NCBI GenBank assembly: GCA_951406725.2
Contig: OX597833.1
Location: 42,098,001 to 42,162,000, forward strand
Source of the DNA: Octopus vulgaris
Taxonomy: Eukaryota
Reading direction: 5' to 3'
DNA: 64,000 nt
Of this stretch, positions 51,818 to 64,000 are shown one piece after another (the first letter of the stretch is position 1; every line of letters starts with the position of its first letter). The notes beneath the pieces are model-generated. The model was not told where the DNA came from, did no database searches, and saw nothing but the letters and a program-made list of their open reading frames with translations. A program made the translations under genes and the position numbers.

Positions 51818-52404
51818 AAATTAAGAGAATGAGATAAAATTCCAAGGCTGTGAAAGATTTCAGAACATTTATAAATAGTAGGTCTTACAACTGTTTCCAG
51901 GATATATTATATATCCCTTCATCAGAGACGCTGTGAGAAAATGGTTAAGCAGTAGTAATTCTTGATAGGATATGAAATAGAGAGTGAAGTGGAGGAATGA
52001 AAATAGACATGAGATATGGAAGGATATTGTATCTGTAGTTCCATTATTTAGGCAGAATGGTATACATATAAGATTCCTGTACCTTGTGAGTAAGTTCCAA
52101 TAGTATTTAAAATAGTATTTAAACTTGGTCATTAAATACTATTGGAACTTACTCACAAGGTACATTCTGCCTAAATAGTGTAACTGCTTATACAATATCC
52201 CTGCATATCTCATGTCTATTTTCATTCCTCCACTTCACTCTCTATTTCATATCTTATCTAGAATAACTACTGCTTAACCATTTTCTCACACTGTCTCCAA
52301 TGAAGGGATATATAAAATATCTCAGAAACAGCTGTAAGACCTTCTATTTATAAATGTTCTGAAATCTTTCACAGCTTTGGATTTTTATCTCATTCTGTTA
52401 ATTT
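51818..52404. repeat. ~590-bp imperfect palindrome of Penelope-like termini
   Basis: Arms of ~280 bp align as reverse complements along their length, centred at ~52110-52131; each arm carries an HHR motif. Confidence 0.9.
51882..51929 (-). ncRNA. minimal hammerhead motif, canonical core
   Basis: Minus strand GTCT-CTGATGA-A-GGGATATA TAA TATATCCT-G-GAAA-CAGTTG-TA-AGAC. The inverted copy at 52293-52340 (+) has its core mutated to CCAATGA. Confidence 0.7.
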
Positions 52405-52803
52405 GAGTGGCTGTGTGGTAAGTAGCTTGCTAACCAACCACATGGTTCCGGGTTCAGTCCCACTGCGTGGCATCTTGGGCAAGTGTCTTCTACTATAGCC
52501 TTGGGCTGACCAAAGCCTTGTGAGTGGATTTGGTAGACGGAAACTGAAAGAAGCCTGTCGTATATATTTATATATATATATATATGTGTATGTGTGTGTG
52601 TGCGTGTTTGTCCCCCTAGCATTGCTTGACAACCGATGCTGGTGTGTTTACGTCCCCGTCACTTAGCGGTTCGACAAAAGAGACCGATAGAATAAGTACT
52701 GGGCTTACAAAGAATAAGTCCCGGGATCGATTTGCTTGACTAAAGGTGGTGCTCCAGCATGGCCGCAGTCAAATGACTGAAACAAGTAAAAGAGTAAAAG
52801 AGA
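52405..52803 (+). mobile_element. SINE family B copy
   Basis: Close to 25150-25590; further copies at ~57722-58092 (+), 58435-58828 (-) and 61265-61655 (+), plus many fragments. Confidence 0.85.
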
Positions 52804-52853
52804 GATATCGTTTTTGGATTTGGTTTGCAAGATTCTTTATGTTGAAGCATATT

Positions 52854-53109
52854 CTGTTGTGTCTGGGGAGTCATTCTCTTTTAGTGCCTTATAATTTAAT
52901 ACACTCACCACTTAAAATTTCCACTTATTTCTTTTTTATTTTTCTAAAATTTCCGTAGTGTCTTGCAACCTTTTCAATACTTTTGATTTCCCCAGAGTCA
53001 AAACTATTGAAAAGGTTGCAAGACGCAACAAAAATAAGTGGAAATTTTATTGGGGAGTGTGTTAAATAATATAGCACTAAAAGAGAATGACTCTCCCCAG
53101 ACACAACAG
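52854..53109. repeat. ~255-bp palindromic element (MITE/foldback-like)
   Basis: CTGTTGTGTCTGGGGAG...CTCTCCCCAGACACAACAG termini; the arms stay complementary to the centre (CTTGCAACCTTTTCAATA / TATTGAAAAGGTTGCAAG). Confidence 0.8.
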
Positions 53110-53114
53110 TATAT

Positions 53115-53154
<40 letters not shown>

Positions 53155-53990
53155 CAGTGGCGACTCCAGGTCATCAGCATCACTCGGGCTTATCTTAAAA
53201 TTTCGTCACTCAGGGTCATCACAGATTTTCTCACTTGTGCTTATCACAAATTTTGCATAAGACACATGTCCGCCAGAAGAATTTCTCATGTTTTCTGCTT
53301 TATTTCTGGCCACAAACGGCTTATTTTTCATATCTAGCACTATGTCTTTCTCTATTTCTAAATTTAGTGTTAAAATAAAGCAACCATGCAAAACACAACT
53401 GATCTTTGTACTCAGATGCCCAGAATAACAGCAATCAAATAATGACAGCAGAGTGCAGGACAAACATCTGTGATCTGACTGTCATCTGTACTCTTGACAA
53501 GAGATACCAGTTAGTTTTTTATACTTACAAGGCTTGTTCGTATTAGCCCAAATTACTGGATAATTTTTTGTTCTTTTAGAAATATTGTAGAATGGAAACT
53601 TTTCATAGATTGGGATTTTAATATTAATCTCTATAGAAATTTATTGTTTCACGAAAGCATTGAATTTGAATTACTTTTAATTTTTACGATTATAGATAAC
53701 AACTTGGGCTGTAACTTCTGAGCCCAAGTCAGGTGCGTGTGAACGATGTCAAGAGAACATCTGCTACATATGATATTTTTTGACACGGCACTTCTAAGAC
53801 ACCACCAGGTGCTGAACAAAAATAAATGAACTGTGACCAGGCTCAATAAAAGGAGCCTGAGTTATTGGCTGCAATTACATACTTGAAGTCAGTGTTGGGA
53901 GAAATGAAATCAACTTTCATATACACATTCACTTTACTAAATTTATACTCAGGCTTAGCCCGAACAGCTCGAGTGCCAGAGTCACCGCTG
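53155..53990. mobile_element. non-autonomous TIR element inserted in (TA)n
   Basis: CAGTGGCGACTC...GAGTCACCGCTG imperfect TIRs, with (TA)n on both sides. Confidence 0.6.
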
Positions 53991-54023
<33 letters not shown>

Positions 54024-54156
54024 ACGGGAAGCTTTATGAAAATAGACAAAAGACGAAGGCAGGTTTACTATATATATATATATTCACTCGTGAATCTCAT
54101 TATAAACAACATGGACTCTTCTTAAGAAAAAATATATTTTCATATAAATTAAACAT

Positions 54157-54193
54157 TGTATCATGAATAGCGATTGCGAAACCGGTCGATACA
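54157..54193 (+). ncRNA. minimal hammerhead motif, intact A3:U8 variant
   Basis: TGTATC-ATGAATA-GC GATT GC-GAAA-CCGG-TC-GATACA; perfect 6-bp stem I, palindromic ACCGGT helix III, GUC triplet. Confidence 0.7.
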
Positions 54194-55446
54194 TTAAAAA
54201 TTATATTATAACCATGTAAGTGTGCGTATTTTCCGTTTTTATTTTTCTTATATATATATATATATATATATATATCAGGTCATTCCATAAGTTCTGTCCA
54301 ATTTTACCTTTTTTAAAATTGAATGAAATTTAATAGTATTTTAGAACATCTGATAGAATTAAAAATTATTTTTATGCATTTGTGTACATTTAAACTAATT
54401 AAATATTATTTTGCAGAATAATAGAATAAAAAATTTCTTTGATTAACACCCTTTCTAACATTTGGTTCCAAGCAAACTGAACCTCAATGTCGGTGAACTA
54501 GAGGGCCAGATGAAAAGACCAAAAAGGCGGCACCTTTATTGAAATTGTAGCCTGAGGCAGAGCTATGTCCACAGAAGAAGAAGAGAATGCAGGAACGTCT
54601 TGGTTTGGAAAGTGCATGAATGATGAAAAAGAAGGCAGTAATTTGTTTTAGCATCAGGGCCACCAAATGTAATGGGTGTTGTTTATGTTGAGGAAGAGAA
54701 AGATGATGTGGATGTCATTGTGTTGGACTTCAAGGATTAAAGACAGTGGTCGAAGTTGTAGATCATATATTTTATTGCACTGTTACATATAATAATTTCC
54801 TAACCATGACGAGTAGGTGTGTATAAAACAAATCAGTCTAAAAGCATACCAGATAAAACAGAGTTGTATTTTCTTGTATGAGAATGTATGATCTTAAGTT
54901 TACATATTCTTGTCATTCCAGCACCATGTAGAGACAAAGTGATGTTTGTTATAACAGCACTAGTGAACAAGTGAGGGACAGGAGAGGGAAGTTGTATGGT
55001 GAAACACCATAGCTGCTGATCACCACACAGGATTACTTTCTCTCTCCCTCTGTCCACCTCTGTCTGATCTTGGAATTGCTTGTATTTATAAGTATGCAGA
55101 CCAGCTAGAAAAATAGTTATGCTGTTGTAAGTTTGACTAGTCACCTGTGGGGTAACTTATTTTTTTATTTATTTAAACTCCTTGTAGTCAAGAGGAAAAT
55201 GTGTCAATCAAATATTGGCAAGGCCATAGAGGGAATGAAATGACATTGTTCCTCCACAGGATAATAAGGTTGTGTAGTTAAGGAGAAATTTACTGATTCA
55301 GTTTTGAAACTCAGGTAGGGCCAAGCGAGGTCTCTACATACATATATATATATAAGCACACACACACACATACACAAATGTTGAATTTTGGTGGACAACT
55401 GAGATTGGAGTGTTCAATACATGTAGAGAATATGGTTTATTGAGAT

Positions 55447-55483
55447 TTGTGATATGTTTCAGGCAACTGCAATCTTCAGGCAA
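55447..55483 (-). ncRNA. decayed minimal hammerhead motif
   Basis: Minus strand TTGC-CTGAAGA-TTGCAGTTGCCT-GAAA-CATA-TC-ACAA; truncated inverted copy at 56087-56114 (+). Confidence 0.5.
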
Positions 55484-57278
55484 GAACTGTAATAACTCAC
55501 TTTTGGTGGATTATTTATATCTTTTGGTGTGGTTGTGAGAGTGGACTAATGTCTACCTTTATTAATTGGTTTGTGCTTAGCATTTACTGATTAACAATTA
55601 TTTTTCTGCCCCTCATTGTTATTTTTTTTGTTGTTGCATGGTATCTATATTTCTAGAACTAGTTAGGGACATAAAATATTAATTTTACAGTTAAACTCAC
55701 TCATAGACATCTTTATATATGCCATAATGTTGATAAAATCAAGAACATTTACAAACTCAATACCTTAACAAAATCTTACTATAAAAATAGTTTACTAAAA
55801 TAAAATTGACCAAAAAAATATACCAAAATATACGTTACTAAAGAACAACTTCAATTAGAATAATAAATAAATCTAGAAGAAATACGTTAGCTAAAAACAT
55901 TCCCACTCCCATCAACAAAGACAAGAAATATAAACATCATGCCATAAAAAGTGACCAATGAAGAAGCTGAAAATAAGAACCAATCAACAAATATAAAAGG
56001 CAAACTAATAAATAAGCAAAAGCATAGGACCTTACATCCACAATAATACATATAAATAATCCACCAAAACTAATTTGTAACAGCTCTTGCCTGAAGATTG
56101 CAAGTGCATGAAACTCAAGTTTGAAACAATGGTTTCAAATTTTGGCACAAGGCCAGCAAGTTTGTGGGAGGGGATAAGTTAATTACATTGACCCCAGTGC
56201 TCAACTGGTATTATTTTAGCAACCTTGAAAGGATGTAAAGCAAAGTCTACCTTGGGTAGAATTTGAACTCAGAATGTAAAACCGGATCAAATACCACTAA
56301 GTATTTTGTCTGGTGTGCTAACAATTTTGCCAGCTCTCCACCTTAACAATAACTATAACAATAGCAATAATTTCTGTACTCATCAGTGAAAGAAACACTA
56401 AGTTGTTCAGTGATAAACAGGAACAAGGAAGTAATCAATACTACAGATTGGTTTATTTATGATAAACTTGATTTAACCAATAAGAAAGACCTAATATTGA
56501 TCAGTTGGCATAATGACTGATAATATTGATCTTACAGCTTATTCACTAACCATAAATAATTCAAATAATAGAAAGTACAGGAGAAAGGGGTCACCATACC
56601 TCATCCTTACTCTTTGTGTACAAAAAAATCTGTTGTTATTGTTGTGGTTGTACAGAGCCATGCCAACCCTGTTAAAACAAATCTATGATCAAAGGCATTC
56701 CAACCATGACCATCCCATCTTTTTGAGATGTCTAGAACTACATTATCTAATATATCCTGCCACTTCTTAAGGCAGTAAGATGTCATTTGTAGGAGACTTG
56801 GTTGCTGTTTATAAGGGGGCAAGCAGCTACACAGAAGCTTCTTTGAAAAGGGGAGAGAGATGGCTAAGACTCTTGTTGACCAATGCATTGTTTCTGGTGT
56901 TGTTTTTGTTATTTGTAGAGGTGGGTATTGTTGTTTTTGATATGTAACCTCAAGTTGGTCCTTCATAGAGATGGATTTATGACCAGAGGTGTTTCAGTTA
57001 TGACCATACCATCTTAGTTATGATAAAATTATGCAATGTACTCTTTGTTTTTAAGACATTAAAGTGTGATTTGAGAGAGACTTGACTGCTATTTCCAGCA
57101 GTTCATATGACTATGTAAGGCTACTTTGTTTGATAGTGTACAAAAAAGTAATTGTTGGTGTAGATGCTTAGCACTAAGACTTCAGAAATGAAGGACATAT
57201 TGTATAACATCATCCTAGACTTTATATCAACTTCTCCTTGTTGACTAATAAAATAGTATGAAGAAAGTTACAGCTTAC

Positions 57279-57387
57279 CAGGAACTGTTTGTGACACCCA
57301 GAGTTGCTCGTCAGCCAAGTCATCGTCTAAAAGTTGATCCATGGGAGCAGGAACTGTGGATGTCCTTCCAAAACCATGGCTAAGATC
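57279..57387 (-). CDS. probable internal coding exon of an unidentified gene
   Basis: ttttcctgtatcag| acceptor and CCTG|gtaagc donor; only one frame is open: DLSHGFGRTSTVPAPMDQLLDDDLADEQLWVSQTVP(G). Non-repetitive composition; protein not recognised. Confidence 0.55.
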
Positions 57388-59149
57388 CTGATACAGGAAA
57401 ATTGTAATATGACTACTTGATGAAGTTAAGATACTGAGAGTGGCACACATCCATCATTATGGTAAGGCTGAGGCACATGCATGATTATGTTAAACACAAA
57501 TGCAACAGCAGCAACAGCAGCAACAACAACAACAACAACAATAACAAGATGAAGGTGGTAATAATAATTATGATGCTGATAATAATGACAATGATGTGCT
57601 GGAATGACATTAAATCATTATAAGCAACATTTTGAATTATAAAAAAATTTGTAGCTGGTGGGATTTGAACCATAGTTTGAATGTCTGCTGGGAGCGTGTT
57701 GTTTTTTTCTTTAATTTCAAATTGTGTGGCTGTGAGGCAAGAAGTTTGCTTCCCAACCACATGGTTCTGGGTTCGGTTCTGCTGCATGGCACCTTCGGCA
57801 AGTGTCTTCTACTTAGGCCAACCTTGTGAATGGATTTGGTAGATAAAAACTGAAAGAAGCTCATCGTGTGTGTGTATGTGTGTGTGTCTTTGTGTCTGTG
57901 TTTCCTCCTCCTCCACTACCACCACCAGTTGACAACTGGTGTTGGTTTGTTTACATCCCCATAACTAAGCAGTTTGGCAAAGGAGACCCATAAAATAAGT
58001 ACTGGGGTTGATTCATTCGACTAAACATTCTTCAAGGCAGTGCACCAGTATGGCCACTATGTATTGACTGAAACAAGTAAAAGATAAAAGATAATGTCTC
58101 ATGCGATTGACATTAAAATCTTAGCAGCAGTTAATTCATACTTTAATAAGACCAATTCTATTACACACAGCCCATTTAATTAGGCTGATTAGAAACATAT
58201 TGATTTCTTGCTTACATACAAAGGCTACACATTTGTAAAGGAAGAAAATAAGATTATGTGACATAGTGATGCTTCTCTCAAAGGGGTTTCAACAATATAA
58301 ATGAAATGAAAGGAGTTTGATCAGAGGACTGAAACTTTATAGTAGCATTCAGCTTGGTCTGTACTCTATAGTTTGTACTTTAAAAAGGTACTTCTACAGC
58401 ATATTTTGAAAAAAAATTGCAATACTCTCTCTCTCTTTACTTGTTTCCATCATTTGACTGCGGCCATGCTAGAGCACCACCTTTTAGTCAAGCAAATTGA
58501 CCCCAGGACTTATTCTTTGTAAGCCTAGTACTTATTCTATTGGTCTTTTTTGCCGAACTGCTAAGTGACAGGGACATAAACACACCAGAATCGATTGTCA
58601 AGCAATGCTAGGGGAACAAACACAGCCACACAAACATGCACACACATATATATACACATATATACGACGGGCTTCTTTCAGTTTCCATCTACCAAATCCA
58701 CTCACAAGGCTTTGGTTGGCTCGAGGTTATAGTAGAAGACACTTGTCCAAGATGCCACGCAGTGGGACTGAACCTGGAACCATGTGGTTGGTAAGAAAGC
58801 TACTTACCACACAGCCACTCCTGCACCTGAGGAAATAAAACATAAAATATATGAATTATTAGTGACTTCAGAAACAAAAATATAGAATGAAACACTATCC
58901 AAATATTGGCTTCAAATTTTTGCTCAGGTCAGCAATTTTGGGGAAGGGTGTAAGTCGATTACATCGACCCCAGTACTCAGCCAATACTTATTTTATCAAT
59001 CCCTAAAGGACGAAAGGTAAAGTTGTCCTTGGTGAATTTGAACTCAGAATGTAAAGATGGACAAAACTGCCTCAAAGCATTTTACTTGGCATGCTAACAA
59101 TTCTGCCCACTTGCCACCTTACATTGTTCAAATGTTGGGAGTTAAAGTG

Positions 59150-59551
59150 GATCTTTTCGGTTTGAATGGCAGTTTTTAACATAATTCCTAGGTAACTAAA
59201 AAATTTTAAACTTCGTATGAATGTGTTTATAAAACATCTTTTTCTCTTGGCTTTATTGAGAAAATTCTATAGTTTGTAAGATATTTGTTGTTTATTTTCT
59301 TCAATTTCTGCAATTTCAACCAATCACTGACGTCTATTGAGTTAAAAAACATTCTGTGCCATATGAATATGTCCCTCATTTAAGAAACAGATTGGGTTTA
59401 TTTACATTTGTGAAGAAAAAAAGATACCCTTCCCCCTACCCCTAACCCTAAAACAGATTGAAATGCAATAGATCAATACTAGGGTCATAATCATGTGTGA
59501 CAATTTCATATGACACCGCTAGAAAAAACTGCCATTCAAACCGAAAAAATC
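59150..59551. mobile_element. MITE with ~28-bp TIRs and an internal CCCTAA motif
   Basis: GATCTTTTCGGTTTGAATGGCAGTTTTT...AAAAACTGCCATTCAAACCGAAAAAATC. Confidence 0.8.
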
Positions 59552-60690
59552 TGTTAAGATAAAAAAGTATAGAAGAAATTCATGGAAATGATACCCATGT
59601 TGGCAACAAAGGGCTTACATCTACATGGAAAAGGAAGATTGCATGAAATATGTATAAGGAGTGTGAAGTCTTCATGACAGACGTGAAACTGAAAAAAAAC
59701 ATAGGTTTTCTCTATTTGATGTTTAATACTGACCAGCAAGAGAGGCTGGGTTATAAATGTGCTGAGAGAATGATTAGGTATTAACTGTACCAACGGAAAC
59801 ATGAAGGACTAGGCTGATTGGGAAAGAAGATTTGGGAAGGACAGAAAAAGAGCAAAAGAGATGTGCATAGGAAAAAGCAGTGAGGTTAGATCTCAGAATG
59901 CTGGGTTTCATAGAAAGGGATTTTTTTTTTACTAGTTAGTTTGGGGCTGAAGGACTATAGTAACAGGCCCTTCTCCCAGACTGACAAGACTGAAGAGGCC
60001 AATATTCAACATGAATATACACAACGCAATCTCAGCAGCAAAATTGCAGATAAAGAAGAAGCTGGAGGTTTATTCTGAATGTCTGTCTCAAATCCAAGCT
60101 AAAATTATGTTGATGCCTTGATTTAAGCAGAGCCATGATCAGAGGAAATCTAGTCATGACCATCCTACCTAAGGTTCAATGCTTGGGTGGGATGGTCATG
60201 ATTAGATGATTGGATGACATAACACTGTTACATCACCCAATGTGTCCTTCATTTTTAAGATAGCAAGGTGTAATTTGGGGGAGATTTAGAGACGGTTTCT
60301 AGCATGTCATTAACCTCATAGTAGCCTCTCCATTGACTTGGGCTCTCTTTATCAGATGTTACAACAATAGTTGTGAGGAATGCTAAGTGTTACAAAAAAT
60401 ATTTTGCACTTTTGAAACGGATATCCTTATTTCTAAAATTAGGTATCAAAATAGCTAATTATATAAGAACAAATCATAGGCAGTTATTGCAGAATTAATT
60501 AAACTAAGTCCTATTTTCTATTCAATTATTTATTTTATTCATATATTTTGTCCCACCACATTTACTTTCCTTTGTGGAATTAATATTATATTTTATTTTC
60601 CTGTAAAACCTACTTTTCAGGTTTCTTTTTCTTTTTATCAAAAAACAATTTAGCACACTCAATGTCACAAACTTAATCTGTCATCTTTAC

Positions 60691-60752
60691 CTTGGTCCTT
60701 GGGTGCATTTAGTGGTGCATTTACTCTGTGACAAGCATTAGAACTAGATCTC
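60691..60752 (-). CDS. possible small exon
   Basis: ttcatttag| acceptor and CAAG|gtaaag donor; one open frame RSSSNACHRVNAPLNAPKDQ. Its phase does not join directly to the 57387 exon. Confidence 0.25.
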
Positions 60753-60801
60753 CTAAATGAAGTTAACTTCCTCCCTTATATGTATATATAGTTATATACT
60801 C

Positions 60802-60959
60802 TATTTAAAAGCAGCAGAAATATAACAAAAACTGTCACTCAGAGTTTCACGTTCCTGTTTGTCGGACAGTTTTGTTAAAATTTTAAGAAAACTGTCCGAC
60901 GAATGGGAACGTGAAACTCTGAGTAACAGCTTTTGTTATATTTCTGCTGCTTTTAAATA
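60802..60959. repeat. ~160-bp near-perfect palindrome with HHR arms
   Basis: TATTTAAAAGCAGCAGAAATATAACAAAA...TTTTGTTATATTTCTGCTGCTTTTAAATA, centred on AAAATTTT. Confidence 0.9.
60892..60929 (+). ncRNA. minimal hammerhead motif (U4C variant)
   Basis: CTGT-CCGACGA-ATG GGAA CGT-GAAA-CTC T GAG-TA-ACAG; mutated inverted copy at 60832-60869 (-). Confidence 0.65.
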
Positions 60960-61041
60960 AAGCCTATTACTCTACCTCTGGTATTTGAGTACTCTTTTTT
61001 CCACCTTGTTTCACATTTATGTGCTTACTCCGGTATATAGT

Positions 61042-61073
<32 letters not shown>

Positions 61074-61653
61074 TAGATATATACACACACACACACATAT
61101 ATATACACATACATGTATATATATAAATATATACAGAAGACTTTTAGAATAATATTTATTATAATATATTTAATTTTTTCTATATGATTTAATATAGATA
61201 ATATCTTTTACTATCAATTGAATTACTTAATAGAGGTTATTTCTCTTAATTATATACATACATAGACGCAGGAGTGGCTGTGTGGTAAGTAGCTTGCTAA
61301 CCAACCACCTGGTTCCGGGTTCAGTCCCACTGCGTGCACATCTTGGGCAAGTGTCTTCTGCTATAGCCTCGGGCCGACCAAAGCCTTGTGAGTGGATTTG
61401 GTAGACGGAAACTGAAAGAAGACTGTCGTATATATGTATATGTGTGTATATGTTTGTGTGTCTGTGTTTGTCCCTCTAGCATTGCTTGACAACCGATGCT
61501 GGTGTATTTACGTCACTGTCACTTAGCGGTTCGGCAAAAGAGACTGATATAATAAGTACTGGGCTTACAAAGAATAAGTCCCGGGGTCGATTTGCTCGGC
61601 TAAAGATGGTGCTTCAGCATGGCCGCAGTCAAATGACTGAAACAAGTAAAAGA

Positions 61654-61743
<90 letters not shown>

Positions 61744-61772
61744 ATATATATATATGTATATATATATATGTG

Positions 61773-62768
<996 letters not shown>

Positions 62769-62812
62769 ATATACACAAATCTAAATACATACATATATAT
62801 GTATGTATATAT

Positions 62813-62997
62813 ATACAAAATAAGAAAATGGAGGAATAGATATCTTTCAATCATCAACTACTAGATAATACCAATTCATATAATTTTTTAACTAATTATT
62901 GTGGAACATCCAGATCAAACAGAATAATACAGAATAAAACATTATCTAGTAGTTGATGATTGAAAGATATCTATTCCTCCATTTTCTTATTTTGTAT
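62813..62997. repeat. perfect 57-bp inverted repeat with 71-bp spacer
   Basis: 62813-62869 is the exact reverse complement of 62941-62997. Confidence 0.9.
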
Positions 62998-63204
62998 TAT
63001 GAATTTGAGGTAAAACATTTTACCTTCGCCCATATAATACAATAAATGAATTAATTGCATTGCAATTCTTAGCATTTATGTATTAGCCTTTATGGGTACT
63101 TTACTGGCAGTATATTGGATAAATGATATCCCATAGTGGGTTACACTCATAACCCCTATCTCACTTTGTAATTTTATGTATATATATATATATATCTTCT
63201 ATTT

Positions 63205-63605
63205 TTTAATTATTATAAATCTTCCACTGAGGAGGGAGCCAGTTTGCAACAAAGATACAAGGCTCCATCTTTGGGATGTAGTTAACACAGACAAATTCAC
63301 ATTTGGAACTTGGGAACAGTCTTGCATATTTTTACTGTTCCACTCACAGATTGCACTTGTAATGTATGAATCAGTCAGTCAATATCTCTTTCTGAAAATC
63401 CCAGTTTATCCAGATTCTCCTTTAAGCATTTACTGACAAAACCTAGTGCTCCAATTAGAATTGGTATGAATATGAATTCATAGTCTGGATATAGAAGCTG
63501 GAGGTTTTGAAGCAGTTGTCCGTAGATATCCTCTTTTACTGTGATTTTCAAAGAGACATTTATATCTCCAGGGTAGCTGACTTCTATCATGGTACAGATC
63601 TTTGC
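63205..63605 (-). mobile_element. R4/Dong-like non-LTR retrotransposon 3' end (restriction-like endonuclease)
   Basis: IEVSYPGDINV...KEDIYG...IPILIGALG...GTVKICKT; 3' UTR stem-loop GGAGCC/GGCTCC and a TAATAA-like tail. Confidence 0.75.
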
Positions 63606-64000
63606 CCCTACATGTATGTATGTATGTATGTATGTATGTATGTATGTATGTATGTATGTATGTATGTATGTATGTATGTATGTATGTATGTATGTATATA
63701 TGTATGTATGTATGTACGTATGTATGTATAAAGTTAGTGTTTAAGCCTTCCTAGAATTAAGACTGAATGAATGTGGTGATAAAGCTGTCACTTTTATATT
63801 AATAACTATGAAAGACTGGTGGGAATATTATCTGTATGGACTTAAAGGATTGGTCACTATTTAGTTATATAATTTAGGAGTTAGTTATAGGTTTACTTAT
63901 TGAATTTATTTACTGATACTGTTGTACATGGAGTAAATGTGTTTCTTCGTGGCAGTCTAATTAATTAAGTTAGTGTTTAATCCTTCATAGAATTAAAATT

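Noticed and set aside
63222-63268. CTGAGGA followed by a GGAGCC/GGCTCC stem as a hammerhead
   Set aside because: No GAAA or stem I partner follows; the stem fits the 3' UTR hairpin of the R4/Dong-like element on the other strand.

Overview
AT-rich, microsatellite- and transposon-dense eukaryotic genomic DNA, most likely an octopus or other coleoid cephalopod (inferred from the SINE families and repeat landscape, not proven). Most ORFs in the supplied track are microsatellite or repeat artefacts. One gene is confidently reconstructed: DEDD (death effector domain-containing protein) on the minus strand, with 4 coding exons (39319-38836, 22830-22585, 20941-20687, 13311-13202), canonical GT-AG phase-1 introns and 364 aa. 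Its DED is split by a ~56-aa low-complexity insertion. An orphan minus-strand exon at 57279-57387 probably belongs to a second gene. The rest is three abundant SINE families, decayed LINEs (RTE, CR1, L2-like, R4/Dong-like), Penelope-like remnants, Tc1/mariner elements (one with an intron-containing transposase), MITEs and a solo LTR. The most striking signal is about 17 hammerhead-ribozyme (HHR) motifs found by eye. Most are minimal Penelope-type HHRs, often in outward-facing palindromes. One is a Schistosoma-like type I HHR inside a ~337-bp structured tandem unit resembling a non-LTR retrozyme (34890-35343). Across the motifs, all four Watson-Crick combinations occur at core positions 3:8. 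Repeat coordinates are approximate and no folding or database search was run.
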